Shown here one piece after another: positions 38,391 to 56,030 of a stretch of 64,000 bases of DNA; within the stretch, counting starts at the first letter, position 1, and each line of letters starts with the position of its first letter. The stretch is from Anaeramoeba ignava BMAN. Its lineage: Eukaryota; Protista; Anaeramoebae. Made by a program: the position numbers and the translations under genes. The notes below the pieces were generated by a model. It was not told the origin of the DNA. It ran no database searches and was given only the letters and a program-made list of their open reading frames with translations. The stretch is from the NCBI GenBank assembly GCA_028826165.1, contig JAPDFW010000059.1, forward strand, positions 1,054,001 through 1,118,000, given 5' to 3'.

Positions 38391-39773
38391 TTGAGCAAAT
38401 CGATATCAGAAATTGAAAAAAACATTTTAATTTTAATTTAATTTTAATTTAATTTTAATAAAAAAAAAAAAGAAAAAAAAGTGGAATAAATTTTTTATTT
38501 TAAATATAATAAGAAATAAATTAAAATTTAATTAATAATTTAATTTAAAATCTCTTTATAATTTAATTTTATTATTATTTATATTTATATTTATTATTGA
38601 TCTCTTTTTCAAAATTGAAAATAAAAAAAGAAAAAAGTGGAATAAATTTTAATAAGAAATAAATTGAAATTTAATTAATAATTTAATTTAAAATTTCTTA
38701 ATAATTTAATTTAATTATTATTTATATTTATATTTATTATTAATCTCTTTTTCAAAATTGAAATAAATAAAGAGAAAAAAGTGGAATAAATTTTAATAAG
38801 AAATAAATTTAAATTTAATTAATAATTTAATTTAAAATATCTTAATAATTTAATTTAATTATTATTTATATTTATATTTATTATTGATCTCTTTTTCAAA
38901 ATTGAAATAAATAAAGAGAAAAAAGTGGAATAAATTATAATAAGAAATAAATTGAAATTTAATTAATAATTTAATTTAAAATTTCTTAATAATTTATTTT
39001 TATTATTATTTTATTTATATTTATATTTATTATTAATCTCGAAAGAAAAAGAAAAATTGAAATAAATAAAGAGAAAAATTTGGAATAAAATTTAATAAGA
39101 ATTTAAATTTAAATTTAATCAATCAAAATTTAAATTTAAAATTTATTAATAATAAATTTTATTTTAATTTATTTATTTTTAATAATTTAATTTATTATTA
39201 ATCTATTTTTTTATTAATTCTTTTTAAAAGAAATAAAAAAGAAAAAAGTGGAATAAATTATAATAAGAAATAAATTAAAATTTAATTAATAATTTAATTT
39301 AAAATTTCTTTATAATTTAATTTAATTATTATTTTTATTTATATTTATTATTAATCTATTTTTCGAATTTGAAAGAAAAAAAAGAAAAAAGTGGAATAAA
39401 TTTGAAAAAAATTAAATAAATAAAAAAGTGGAATAAATTTTAATAAGAAATAAATTTAAATTTTAACTAAATTTGAATTAAAATAGTTTTGAAATATTAA
39501 CTGTAAATTAATTATTTATTTTTCCCTTTTTTAAAAAAATTTTTTTTCCTTTTAAAATTAAATAAAAACAAAAGATCAAAATAAAGGAAAAAAAAATTAA
39601 AATTAAAATTTTTTATTCAAAAGGGCAAATAAATTATTTTTTATTTTTAAAGCAGAATTTAATTTTAATAAAATCATTTTTCATTTATTTTATTTTTTAC
39701 TTTAATTTTTAAACAATTTTCAATTCTTTTTTTTTTTTTTTCAAATTAAAACAAATCAAAATAAATCAAAACA

Positions 39774-40910
39774 ATGTTCGTTTCAGATTTTTATACAGAT
39801 CCTATTTTCGATGTTTATCTTCAAGACGAGAATGCTTTTGGGGGTGAATATTCTAGTAATTCAATTTCTCAACAATCTTTGAATCGTTTTTATTCAAATT
39901 TTACGAATTTTGAAAATGATTATTCAACTAATTTTTTTGAAGAAGAAAATTCCAAAAAAGAAATGGATTTTAATTTAAAATTTGAAGATGATCAATCAGT
40001 TAATTTCTCAGTTAATTTCTCAGGTCAATCAAAAGAACAAATTGAAGAACAAATTGAACAAGAAATTCAAGAAGAAATTCAAGAAGAACAAATTGAAGAA
40101 CAAATTCAAGAACAAATTCAAGAACAAATTCAAGAACAAATTCAAGAACAAATTCAAGAACAAATTCAAGAACAAATTCAAGAACAAATTCAAGAACAAA
40201 TTCAAGAACAAATTCAAGAACAAATTCAAGAACAAATTCAAGAACAAGAACAAATTGAAGAACAAGAAGAAATTCAACAAGAAATTGAAAAAGAAGAAAT
40301 TGAAAAAGAACAAATTGAAAAAGAACAAATTCAAGAACAAATTGAAAAAGAACAAATTGATGAAAATGGAGATGATGAAAATGGAGATGATGAAAATGGA
40401 GATGATGAAAATGGAGATGATGAAAATGGAGATGATGAAAATGGAGATGATGAAAATGGAGATGATGAAAATGGAGATGATGAAAAAGAAGAAATATCAA
40501 CAGAATCAAAGAAAGAGTTACAAGAATTGTTTCAAAACAGAAGTCCAAAAAAAGGTGAAACAAAAATATCTTTTCGACTTTCATGCTTTTCTCAAGTTAC
40601 ACAAAAGGAATTTGTTTATATCCTTAGAAATAAAAATAAGTGCCAAATTAATCATAATTTTTCACTTAAAAATCCTGGAATGGGAATTGGTGATTTTCTT
40701 GTTATCAAAAAAAGATTAATGGTAACTGAAAGAGAAATAGAAGGAAGAAAGAGAGATAATGTTAGAAAAAGCTACCGAGTTGGTTTTAAACGAAAAGGAT
40801 TTGAAATTGTAAAACCACATAAAAGAGGAGATTTGATTTTTAAATATCTTGGATTCACACCAAAACCAAAAAAAACAAAAGGAGAAAGACAAAGAAAATC
40901 TTGGAAATAA
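39774..40910 (+). CDS. Same family, member 3, with (QEQI)n and (DENGD)n repeats
   Basis: FRLSCFSQV...RKSYRVGFKRKGF...HKRGDLIF domain. Confidence 0.75.
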   Translation: MFVSDFYTDPIFDVYLQDENAFGGEYSSNSISQQSLNRFYSNFTNFENDYSTNFFEEENSKKEMDFNLKFEDDQSVNFSVNFSGQSKEQIEEQIEQEIQEEIQEEQIEEQIQEQIQEQIQEQIQEQIQEQIQEQIQEQIQEQIQEQIQEQIQEQIQEQEQIEEQEEIQQEIEKEEIEKEQIEKEQIQEQIEKEQIDENGDDENGDDENGDDENGDDENGDDENGDDENGDDENGDDEKEEISTESKKELQELFQNRSPKKGETKISFRLSCFSQVTQKEFVYILRNKNKCQINHNFSLKNPGMGIGDFLVIKKRLMVTEREIEGRKRDNVRKSYRVGFKRKGFEIVKPHKRGDLIFKYLGFTPKPKKTKGERQRKSWK

Positions 40911-40914
40911 TTTT

Positions 40915-42000
40915 CCAATTTTGAATTTGAATTTGATTTTCATTTTGAATTTGAAAAAATAAATTGAATTTGATTTTTGATTTTGAATTTGAATTTGAAT
41001 TTGAATTTGAATTTGAATTTGATTCATATTTTGATTTTTGATTTTGATTTTGAATTTGAATTTGAATTTGATTTTGATTTTGATTTTGATTTTGATTTTG
41101 AATTTGATTCATATTTTGAATTTGAATTTGATTTTGATTTTGAATTTGATTTTGAATTTGATTTTCAATTTGAATTTGAATTTGAATTTGAATTTGAATT
41201 TGATTTTGATTCATATTTTGATTTTTGATTTTGATTTTGAATTTGAATTTGAATTTGATTTTGATTTTGATTTTGATTTATTTTGATTTTGATTTTGAAT
41301 TTGATTTTGATTTTGAATTTGATTTTGAATTTGATTTTGAATTTGATTTTGAATTTGAATTTGATTTTGATTTTGAATTTGAAAAAATAAATTGAATTTG
41401 ATTTTGAATTTGATTTTGATTTTGATTTTGAATTTGAATTTGATTTTGAATTTGTTTTTGATTTTGATTTTCATTTTGAATTTGCATTTGATTTTGATTT
41501 TGATTTTGATTTTGAATTTGAATTTGATTCTGATTCTGATTCATATTCATATTCAGATTCAGATTCGGGTTCATATTCAGATTCAGATGTTGATTTTGAA
41601 TTTGAATTTCATTTTGAATTTGAAAAAATAAATTGAATTTGATTTTGAATTTGATTTTGATTTTAAATTTGATTTTGAATTTGATTTTGATTTTGATTTT
41701 GATTTTGATTTTGATTTTGATTCATATGTTGATTTTGAATTTAATTTTAATTTTGATTTTGATTTTGAATTTGAATTTGAATTTGAATTTGAATTTGATT
41801 TTGATTTTGAATTTGATTTTGATTTTGAATTTGAATTTGATTTTGAATTTGATTTTGATTTTGAATTTGATTTTGATTTTGAATTTGATTTTGATTTTGA
41901 ATTTGATTTTGATTTTGAATTTGAATTTGATTTTGAATTTGATTCTGAATTTGATTTTGATTTAGAATTTGAATTTGAATTTGATTTTGAATTTGAATTT
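40915..42000. repeat. (TTTGAA/TTTGAT)n hexamer simple repeat
   Basis: Directly visible; generates many spurious ORFs. Confidence 0.9.
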
Positions 42001-42155
42001 AAGTTTTAAAAATATTCCTCCATTGAATATTAATTTAATGTAATTGAAAAAAAAATTTATTTGAAATGAAAAAAAAATTTAAAAAAAAAAAATGAAAATT
42101 AAAAAAATTTTTTTTAAATTTTAATTCTCATTTTTTTTTTTTAATTTATTTTAGA

Positions 42156-45100
42156 ATGGCAAATCCAAATCGAGTAACAATTTCAAATTATGTTTATAAA
42201 CCGAAAATCAGAGTTTTAAATGCAGAAAATTCACAACAAATTTATCAAAATATTAAAAACAATTTTTTAATTGAACAAAATCCATCCCTTTTTGAAAACA
42301 ATTCAGAAAGAAAATCCCCTTTAAACATAATCAAAGCAACACCTCAAAATAACACAAAATTTAATTCTTTTGAAAACCAAAACAAAACGAAAGTTTATTC
42401 TTACAAACCAAAGAATCAAAAATATAATTCAAAATTAGATTCTCCAAAAACAACATATAAATCAAATTCTCCAAAAACAACATATAAATCAAATTATAAA
42501 TCAAATTCTCCAAAAACAACATATAAATCAAATTCTCCAAAAACAACATATGAATCAAATTATAAATCAAATTCTCCAAATTCAAATTCTCCAAAAACAA
42601 GTTATAAATCAAATTCTCCAAAAACAAGTTATAAATCAAATTATAAATCAAATTCAAATTCTCCAAAAACAACATATAAATCAAATTCTCCAAAAACAAC
42701 ATATGAATCAAATTATAAATCAAATTCTCCAAATTCAAATTCTCCAAAAACAACATATAAATCAAAATCAAATTATAAATCAAATTCAAATTCTCCAAAA
42801 ACAAGTTATAAATCAAATTCTCCAAAAACAAGTTATAAATCAAATTCTCCAAAAACAACATATAAATCAAATTCTCCAAAAACAACATATGAATCAAATT
42901 ATAAATCAAATTCTCCAAATTCAAATTCTCCAAAAACAACATATAAATCAAATTCTCCAAAAACAACATATAAATCAAATTCAAATTATAAATCAAATTA
43001 TAAATCAAATTCAAATTATAAATCAAATTATAAATCAAATTCAAATTCAAATTCTGAATCAAATTCTCCAAATTCAAATTCTCCAAAAACAACATATAAA
43101 TCAAATTCTCCAAAAACAAGTTATAAATCAAATTATAAATCAAATTCTCCAAATTCAAACAATATAATAAAGGATAATAATCAATCAATAGTTTTACATA
43201 GGCCTCAAAGAAGTACTTCATTATATTCTAAACGAGAAAATTACCAAAATAACAATTCACCTTATGATTCTTTTCATGATCAAAAATCAAGAATAAAAGA
43301 TACAAAAATTCCACAATTTCTCTCAAAAAAAGATGAATCAATTTTTGATTCAAAATCAGAATCAAATTTACCAATAGAATTAGAATCAAAATCACAATCA
43401 GAACCACAATTCAAATTTAATCCAAATTTTGCTCGTTTTGCAAGAAATACAACAGCTCCAACTCATAATCCAATACAATTTGAAAAAAAAATCAATAATA
43501 TAGATTCAAATAAAAAATTTGGAAAACAAAAAAAAGTTAAATTTAAAATCGATCAAGAAAATACTTTTAATTCAAAAAAACCTGAAAAAATTGAAATCAA
43601 AAATAATCATCAAGAAAATACTTTTAATTCAAAAAAAATTGAAAAAACTGAAATCAAAAATAATCAAGAAAATACTTTTAATTCAAAAAAAATAGAAAAA
43701 ACTGAAATCAAAAATAATCAAGAAAATACTTTTAATTCAAAAAAAATAGAAAAAACTGAAATCAAAATCGATCAAGAAAATACTTTTAATTCAAAAAAAA
43801 TAGAAAAAACTGAAATTAAAAATAATCAAGAAAATACTTTTAATTCAAAAAAAATTGAAAAAACTGAAATCAAAAATAATCATCAAGAAAATACTTTTAA
43901 TTCAAAAAAAATTGAAAAAACTGAAATCAAAAATAATCAAGAAAATACTTTTAATTCAAAAAAAATAGAAAAAACTGAAATCAAAAATAATCAAGAAAAT
44001 ACTTTTAATTCAAAAAAAATAGAAAAAACTGAAATCAAAATCGATCAAGAAAATACTTTTAATTCAAAAAAAATTGAAAAAACTGAAATCAAAAATAATC
44101 AAGAAAATACTTTTAATTCAAAAAAAATAGAAAAAACTGAAATTAAAAATAATCAAGAAAATACTTTTAATTCAAAAAAAATTGAAAAAACTGAAATCAA
44201 AAATAATCATCAAGAAAATACTTTTAATTCAAAAAAAATAGAAACAAACCAACAAATTTTGGAAACAGAAAAATTTATTCCAAAAAATCATACAAAAAAT
44301 CATACTCAAAAAATATCAAAAAAATTATCCAATAAACCATCAAGAGTAGCACCAGAACCTGAATTACCACCAACAATGTCAGAATATAAGAAACTTCAAG
44401 TGATTTTTTTTAATAATATTAACAAAAAAAAGAAAGAAAGAAAGAAAGAAATAATTTTAAAAATTTATAAAATAATAATTTTAATAATTTAACAGGAAAT
44501 TATTGGGTTTCCTCCAATTAGAAATTTACCACAAGAAGAAACAGATTTAATTTTTCAATTTAGAGATTATTTAAAATTTCAAACAAGAGCTTTTCCTAAA
44601 TTCATGAAATCAGTTAATTGGGGGAATAAAGAAGAAGAAAAAGAAGGAAAAAAATTGATTTCTGAATGGCAACCACTTGATATAGTATCTGTTTTGGAGC
44701 TTTTATCTTGTGAGATTGAAGAAGAATTTATTAAAGAATTTACAGTTAGTCAACTTGAACAATTTAGTGATGATGTAAATATTTATTTTATTGATTAATT
44801 TAATTTAATTTGATTTAATTTAATTGATTTAATTAATTTATTTAATTGATTTAATTTAATTTAATTGATTTGATTTAATTGATTTGATTTAATTGATTGA
44901 TTTGATTTAATTGATTGATTTGATTTGAATTGATTGATTTGATTTAATTGATTGATTTGATTTAATTGATTGATTTAATTATTAGGAACTTATGCTATAT
45001 TTATTGCAACTTGTACAAGGTTTAAGATATGAAAAATCATTGAAATCACCATTTATTCAATTTTTAATTAAAAGAGCCACAACTAATTTTGTATTTGGAA

Positions 45101-46786
45101 TTCTGTTTTATTGGTATGTTTGGGTAGAAAGAAATGATAAAGATTATAGTATTTTTGGAAAAGTTCAATTAGAATTCGCAAAATCTTGTCTTGAATCACC
45201 AAAAGGAAATTACACACTGCAAATAATTACAAGACAAGAAAAATTATTGAAGAGTTTAATTGATATGAGCCAAGAAATTTCAAACTCAAAACAATCAAGA
45301 AGAAAAAAAATACAATTTTTAAAATCAGGATTTAAAAAACAAGGCAAATTTCATTCTTTACTTAAATTTGAAAGTCTTCCTCTTCCACTTGATCCATTGG
45401 TTGTTGTGGATTCAGTTATTCCTGAAATGATCCATATTTTTAAAAGTGCACTTAATCCAATTAAGGTTTCGTTTGGTTTTCCAATGAAAAATATAATTTA
45501 TTCAATTATTTTTAAGTTTGGTGATGATATAAGACAAGATAATTTGGTTATCCAAATGATTATTTTGATAGATAAATTACTCAAAAATCAACATTTAGAT
45601 TTGCGATTCACACCTTATAAAGTTCTTCCTTTTGGTTCAAATGCTGGTATTATGGAATTTGTAAATGCAAAACCTTTATCTCATATTATTTCAGAGTATT
45701 CTAAACTTTCAGAATATTTCAAGTCGATTGAACCTGATTCTGGAACTGAATATGGATTTAGTCCTACAATTATGGATACTTATGTTAAATCTTGTGGTAA
45801 TTTAATTATTTAATATTTAATATTTAATATTTAATATTTAATATTTAATATTTAATATTTAATATTTAATATTTAATATTTATTATTTAAAATTTAATAT
45901 TTAATATTTAATATTTAATATTTAATATTTAATATTTAATATTTAATATTTAATATTTATTATTTATTATTTAATATTTATTATTTAATATTTATTATTT
46001 ATTATTTAATATTTAATATTTAATATTTAATATTTAATATTTAATATTTAATATTTATTATTTATTATTTAATATTTATTATTTAATATTTAATATTTTA
46101 TATTTATTATTTATTTAATATTTAATATTTAATATTTAATATTTAATATTTAATATTTATTATTTAATATTTATTATTCATTATTTAATATTTATTATTC
46201 ATTATTCATTTCGTAAATTCAAGCTGGTTATTCTCTTGTTACATTTTTACTTGGAGTTGGAGATCGCCATTTAGATAATCTCATGCTTTGTCCTGATGGA
46301 AGATTACTTCATATTGATTTTGGATATATTTTTGGACATGATCCAAAACCATTTCCACCACCAATGAAACTTTGTAAAGAAATGATTGATGCAATGATGG
46401 GAACTCAAAGTACTCATTATAAATATTTTAAAGTTTTGTGTTGCTCAGCTTATAATATTTTAAGAAAATCTGCTCATTTGATTTTAAATCTTCTTTCTTT
46501 AATGGTTGATGCTAAAATTCCTGATTTAGAAGGTGATCCTTTAGGTTGTATTCTTAGAGTAATTTTTTTTATTTAAAAATTTTCGAAATCGGAAAAAAAT
46601 TATTCAAAATCGGAAAAAATTATTTTTTTTTCCTTTCTTTTTTAGATTCAAGAAAAATTTCAATTAAATTTATCTGACCAATTAGCTTCTCAATATCTTG
46701 AAAATGTTATTGATGAATCTGTAAATGCATTATTTCCACAAGTTTTTGAAAAAATTCACCAATGGGCTCAATATTGGAGAAGTTAA
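42156..46786 (+). CDS. VPS34: Class III PI3-kinase (Vps34-like) with long repetitive N-terminus, 5 exons
   Basis: Exons 42156-44399, 44496-44774, 44986-45796, 46224-46558, 46646-46786. Motifs [67 protein letters not shown]. Confidence 0.93.
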
Positions 46787-47076
46787 ACTGCAATTTATTT
46801 TAAAACAATTTTATTTCAAAAGAATTTATTTCAAAAGAATTTTATTTCAAAACAATTATTTTAAAAAACTTTATTTCAAAACAATTTTATTTCAAAGAAT
46901 TTTATTTCAAAAAAGATTAAATGTATTCAAATTAATTAACTTTTTTTTTTTGTTTTTGAGAAAAACTCGGAAAAAAAATCGGAAAAAAAACACGGAAAAA
47001 ACTGAAGACGGAAAAAAAAAAAGAGGATCATTTTTTGAATCATTTTTTTCTGTATTTGAAAAGCAAAAAAAAAAAA

Positions 47077-47475
47077 ATGGGCAAAAAAAATAGACAAAAA
47101 AATGCACAAAAAACAAAAAATCTCAAAGAAATTATTCAGAGAAGAAAACAAAGAAGAAAAAGAAAAGGAGAAACAACAACAATTTGGAGATTAAAATGCT
47201 TTTCAAAAATTTATGGAATAGATTATGTTTATATTTGCAGAAATGGATCCAAAATTAAAATTCCAAAAAGTTTTACTTTGAAAAACCCAAACTTGAAAAA
47301 AGGTGATTTAATCAAAATTGATTCACGTCTTTTTAGAATTGAACAAGCAATAGGAAAAAAAAGACCAATTGATTCAATAAGAAGATCGTATAGAAAAGCT
47401 TTTTCAGATCACGGCTTCAAAATTAATAAAGCTTACAACAGAAATTATTTAGTTTTTGAGTTTTTAGGTAAATAA
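47077..47475 (+). CDS. Same putative DNA-binding family, member 4 (domain only, no acidic region)
   Basis: WRLKCFSKI...IRRSYRKAFSDHGF...LVFEFLGK aligns by eye with members 1-3. Confidence 0.7.
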   Translation: MGKKNRQKNAQKTKNLKEIIQRRKQRRKRKGETTTIWRLKCFSKIYGIDYVYICRNGSKIKIPKSFTLKNPNLKKGDLIKIDSRLFRIEQAIGKKRPIDSIRRSYRKAFSDHGFKINKAYNRNYLVFEFLGK

Positions 47476-48184
47476 AAAAATTCAAAACGTTTAAAAAGAA
47501 AAAAATTCTATTTTTTATTAAAATTCTTTTTACAAAGTACTTTTTTTTTTGTTTTTAATAAATTCATTCTTGTTCCAATCCACTTTTTTTTTTATTCCAA
47601 TTTTCAAAAGAAAAAAAAAAAGGGAAAAATTGAAAGGGAGAAAAATTTTTGAAATTAATTAAAAAAAATAAAAGAGTGATCTTTTTCATTTTTTCTTTTG
47701 TTTTTTTTTTAGTTTGTTTATTTTTTAATTTTTTTTTTGGTTTTAAATGAATTGTCTTCATCAAAATGATAGTTCTCAAGATTTTGTAAATAATGATGAA
47801 GGAATTAATGGAAGAAATCCCTTTGATCCGGGTTATGATGGCTCCGATAATAACCAACAAAAATTCATAGAACAAACACAGCAAAAATTGAAGTTGTTAA
47901 TTTCACAGGATGTTTTCGATTGCAAAAATACAGAGAAGATGATTTGAATTGAATTGATTTTTGTTATTTTTTTTAAGTTTTTTTTATTATTTTTTTTGTT
48001 AAATTTTTTAAGTTTTTTTGTTTAAATTTTGTTTGGAACAAAATAAAATTTAATCAGAAATTGTTTTTAATTCCCTTTTTCTTTTGTTTTTTAATTTTGT
48101 TTTTTAATTTTATTCTTAATTCCCCTTTTAACCATTTTTTAACCATTTTTAATTTATTATTTTGTTTGAATTTTGTTTTTTGAA

Positions 48185-48492
48185 TTTGATAAACAAATTG
48201 AAGTTGAATTATAACTAAATGAATAACTTTTTAATCCTTTTGATAAACTCAATGAATTTCATTCACAATAAAATTCTGAAGATGTTGAATATTTTAATCA
48301 AGAAATATTTCCTAATTTTGGAATAATTGGAATAATTGGAATTGATAAACTTGATAATCCAAATGAATCAATTGTACAACTTGAATCAGTACATCCTTTA
48401 ACTGAAACTAAATATTCAACATTTCCTGCTAATAAATTTTTATTTATAATAATATTATATATATTTATATTAATTGAAGTGAAATTAATCAA
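48185..48492 (-). pseudogene. Decayed fragment of the FN3-like repeat of the surface protein at 56808-60027
   Basis: KNLLAGNVEYLVSVKGC...KLGNIS and LSKGLKSYSFSYNSTSICLS with indels and stops. Confidence 0.8.
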
Positions 48493-48680
48493 ATTTGATC
48501 AATTTTTTTGAAATTTCTGAATTTTAAATTAAGAATTTTTGGAACAGAAAAAAAATTTTTTTTGAATTTTTATGATCAAAAACTAATCAAAAAATTTTTT
48601 CATTTTTTTCATTTTTTTCATTTTTTAATTTTTCATTTTTTTCATTTTTTTCATTTTTCATTTTTCATTTTTTAGTTTTA

Positions 48681-51600
48681 ATGGATTTTCAAGAAATTTC
48701 AGAAGATAATAATGAAGAACAAAATCAAAATAATCCACCTTGGTTGAAAATTATTCGAAAAGATAAAACATTTGGTAATCCAGTTATAATTCTTCGCAAT
48801 ATATCAAAAGATTATGATTTAGGAGGAGAAGGACAAGTACATGCTCTAGTTGATATAAATATCTCATCAAACTCTGAATATTATCCAGTTCTTGAAGGTT
48901 TAAAAAAAAAATTTAAAAAAATATTTAAAAAAACAAAATTTAATTTATTAATTCTTTAAATAGGTGAATTACTAATGTTAAGAGGACCATCAGGATGTGG
49001 GAAAACTACTTTACTTAATATTATGGGCACTTTTGATAAAGCAACATCTGGAATTGTGGGTATGAATTTATATTTATATTTATATTTATATTTATATTTA
49101 TATTTATTATATTTATATTTATATTTATATTTATATTTATATTTATATTTATATTTATATTTATATTTATATTTATATTTATATTTATATTTATATTTAT
49201 ATTTATATTTATATTTATATTTATATTTATATTTATATTTATATTTATATTTATATTTATATTTATATTTATATTTATATTTATATTTATAATTTATATT
49301 TATATTTATATTTATATTTATATTTATATTTATATTTATATTTATATTTATATTTATATTTATTTATATTTATATTTATATTTATATTTATATTTATATT
49401 TATATTTACTTTATATTTATATTTATATTTTATATTTATTTTTATATTTATATTTATATTTATATTTATTTTTATATTATGTTTATATTTATATTTATAA
49501 TTATATTTATATTTATATTTTATATTTTATTATATTTTATATTTTATATTTTTATTTATATTTATATTTATATTTTATGTTTATATTTTATTTTTATATA
49601 TTTATATTTATTTATATTTATATTTATATTTATATTTATATTTTCATTTATATTTATATTTATATTTATATTTATATTTATATTTATATTTATATTTATA
49701 ATTATATTTATATTTATATTTATATTTATATTTATATTTATATTTATATATATTTATATTTATATTTATATTTTATATTTATATTTATATTTATATTTAT
49801 ATTTATATTTATATTTATATTTATAATTTATATTTATATTTATATTTATATTTATATTTATATTTATATTTATATTTATATTTATATTTATATATTTATA
49901 TTTATATTTATATTTATTTTATATTTTATATTTATATTTATATTTATATTTATATTTATATTTTATATTTATATTATATTTATATTTATATTTATATTTA
50001 TATTTATATTTATATTTATATTTATTTTATATTTATTTATATTTATTTTATATTTATATTTATATTTTAATTTATATTTATATTTATATTTTATGTTTAT
50101 ATTTATATTTATATTTATATTTATATTTATATTTTATATTTATATTTATATTTATATTTATATTTATATTTATATTTATATATTTATATTTATATTTATA
50201 TTTATATTTATATTTATATTTATATTTATATTTATATTTATATTTATATTTAATTATATTTATATTTATATTTATATTTATATTTATATTTATATTTATA
50301 TTTATATTTATATTTATATTTATATTTATATTTATATTTATATTTATATTTATATTTATATTTATATATATTTATATATTTATATTTATATTTATATTTA
50401 TAATTATATTTATATTTTAAATATTTATATTTATATTTATATTTATAATTATATTTAAATTTATATTTATATTTATATTTTGATTAATATTTATATTTAA
50501 AATAGAAATAATGGGAACAAGAATTGATACAAAAGCTTCAGATAAATTTCTTGCAAATCTTCGTCTTGAAAAAGTTGGATTTGGTAAACAAAACTAGCAA
50601 AATAATTTAGATTTAATTTTATTTATAATTTTAATTTTAATTTTAATTAGTTTTCCAAACATTTAATTTACTTGCAACTTTAAGTGCATTTGAGAATGTT
50701 GAATTACCTATGCTTATTCAAAATAAATTATCAAAGAAAAAAAGAAGAGCTCGCACAAAAAAGTTATTAACAAGAGTTGGTCTTGGTGATCGTATGGACC
50801 ATCTTCCTTCAGAGTTATCAGGTGGTGAAAAAGTAAATTAAACTGTTTTTTCTTTATCAAATTTCAGATTATAATTGTATTTTTAAATTTTTCATTTACT
50901 TTTTTTTTAAAAAATTTTTAGCAAAGAGTTGCTATTGCTAGAGCACTTTCAAATAAACCAAATTTATTGTTACTTGTATTTTTATCAAAATCAAATTTAA
51001 AATTTAAAATTTAAAATTTAAAATTAAAATCAAAATCAAAATTAAAATTAAAATTAAAATTAAAAATCAAAATTAAAATTAAAATCAAAATTAAAATCAA
51101 AATTAAAATTAAAATTAAAATTAAAATTAAAAATTTAAAATGAAAATCAAAATTAAAATCAAAATAAAAATTCAAATCAAAATTAAAATCAAAATTAAAA
51201 TCAAAATCAAAATCAAAATTAAAATTAAAATCAAAATAAAAATCAAAATTAAAATTAAAATTAAAATTAAAATCAAAATCAAAAATTAAAATTAAAATTA
51301 AAATTAAAATTAAAATTAAAATCAATTAAAATTAAAAATTTATTGATTCTATTTTAGGATGAAGTAACAGCTGATTTATCTACTAAAGGAACTATTCATA
51401 TTATGAATCTCCTTTTAGATCTTAATTTAAAAAAAAAAGTTACAATGGTTTTAGTTACTCATAATCCAGATCTTGAGGTTTAAAATTCAAATCAAATTTA
51501 TATTTTAATTCAAATCAAATTTATATTTTAATTCTTAATTTAAAAGGTTTATGCAGATCGTATATTATATTTTCGTGATGGAAAAATTGAAAGACAAGTC

Positions 51601-52061
51601 ATAAATACACAACAAACAGCTTTGAATTTCAAAGTAAATCAAATCTTAATTCAAATTTTGATTTAAATTTTAATTTTAATTTTAATTTTAATTTTAATTT
51701 TGATTTTAATTTTAATCTTAATTCAAATTTTAATTTTAATTTTAATTTTAATTTTAATTTTAATTTTAATTTTAATTTTAATTTTTTTAAAAAGGAATAT
51801 ATGGCTTTTTTAAGAGAAACTGAAAATCAAATGGTTAAAGAGAATGACAATGAAAAAAATGATAAAGAAAAAATAAATTTATCTCAAACAAGTGATTCAT
51901 TTAATGATGAACTTTCTGATCAAGAATCTCCAAATGAAGTTTCTTTTGATGATGATGATTTTTCATCAGAACATAATTTTCCAAATCAAAAGAAAAAGAA
52001 AAATAAAATTAGAAACAGAAACAAGAACAAAAATAACAATAATAATAACAATAACAACTAA
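48681..52061 (+). CDS. Stand-alone ABC ATPase of the LolD/MacB/FtsE (MJ0796) family, 8 exons
   Basis: [58 protein letters not shown] across GT-AG introns. One intron is a ~1.45-kb (TTTATA)n tract. Confidence 0.88.
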
Positions 52062-52288
52062 AAAAAAAGATAATTGATAAATTGATTAAATGAGAAAATT
52101 AGATAATTTTCTATTCTTTTTTTAATAATAATTTTTTTTTTTAAAAGAAAAAATCCAAAACAATTACCAAAAAAATAAAGAATTGAATTTTAAAAGGAAA
52201 ATAAAATGAATTCTAAATAAACAGTAAATGAATATAAAAATTTTTTTTGTTGGAAAATGTTGAAATAATTAATTAATTAATTAATAAA

Positions 52289-54899
<2,611 letters not shown>

Positions 54900-55009
54900 T
54901 TTTTTTTTATTAATTATTAAAAAAAAGAAAAAAATGAAAAAAATGAAAAAATGAAAAAAAAATAATTTTTTAATTTTTTTCTTATCACACGTCATTATTA
55001 TTTTATTAA

Positions 55010-56030
<1,021 letters not shown>

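Noticed and set aside
40716-41965. Multiple QIQN/LNLI ORFs on both strands
   Set aside because: Simple-repeat artefacts.
47747-47947. 66-aa ORF with coding-like composition
   Set aside because: No recognisable motif or clear splice continuation; insufficient support.
49479-50458. YIYI/FIFI ORFs
   Set aside because: (TTTATA)n intron of the ABC ATPase gene.
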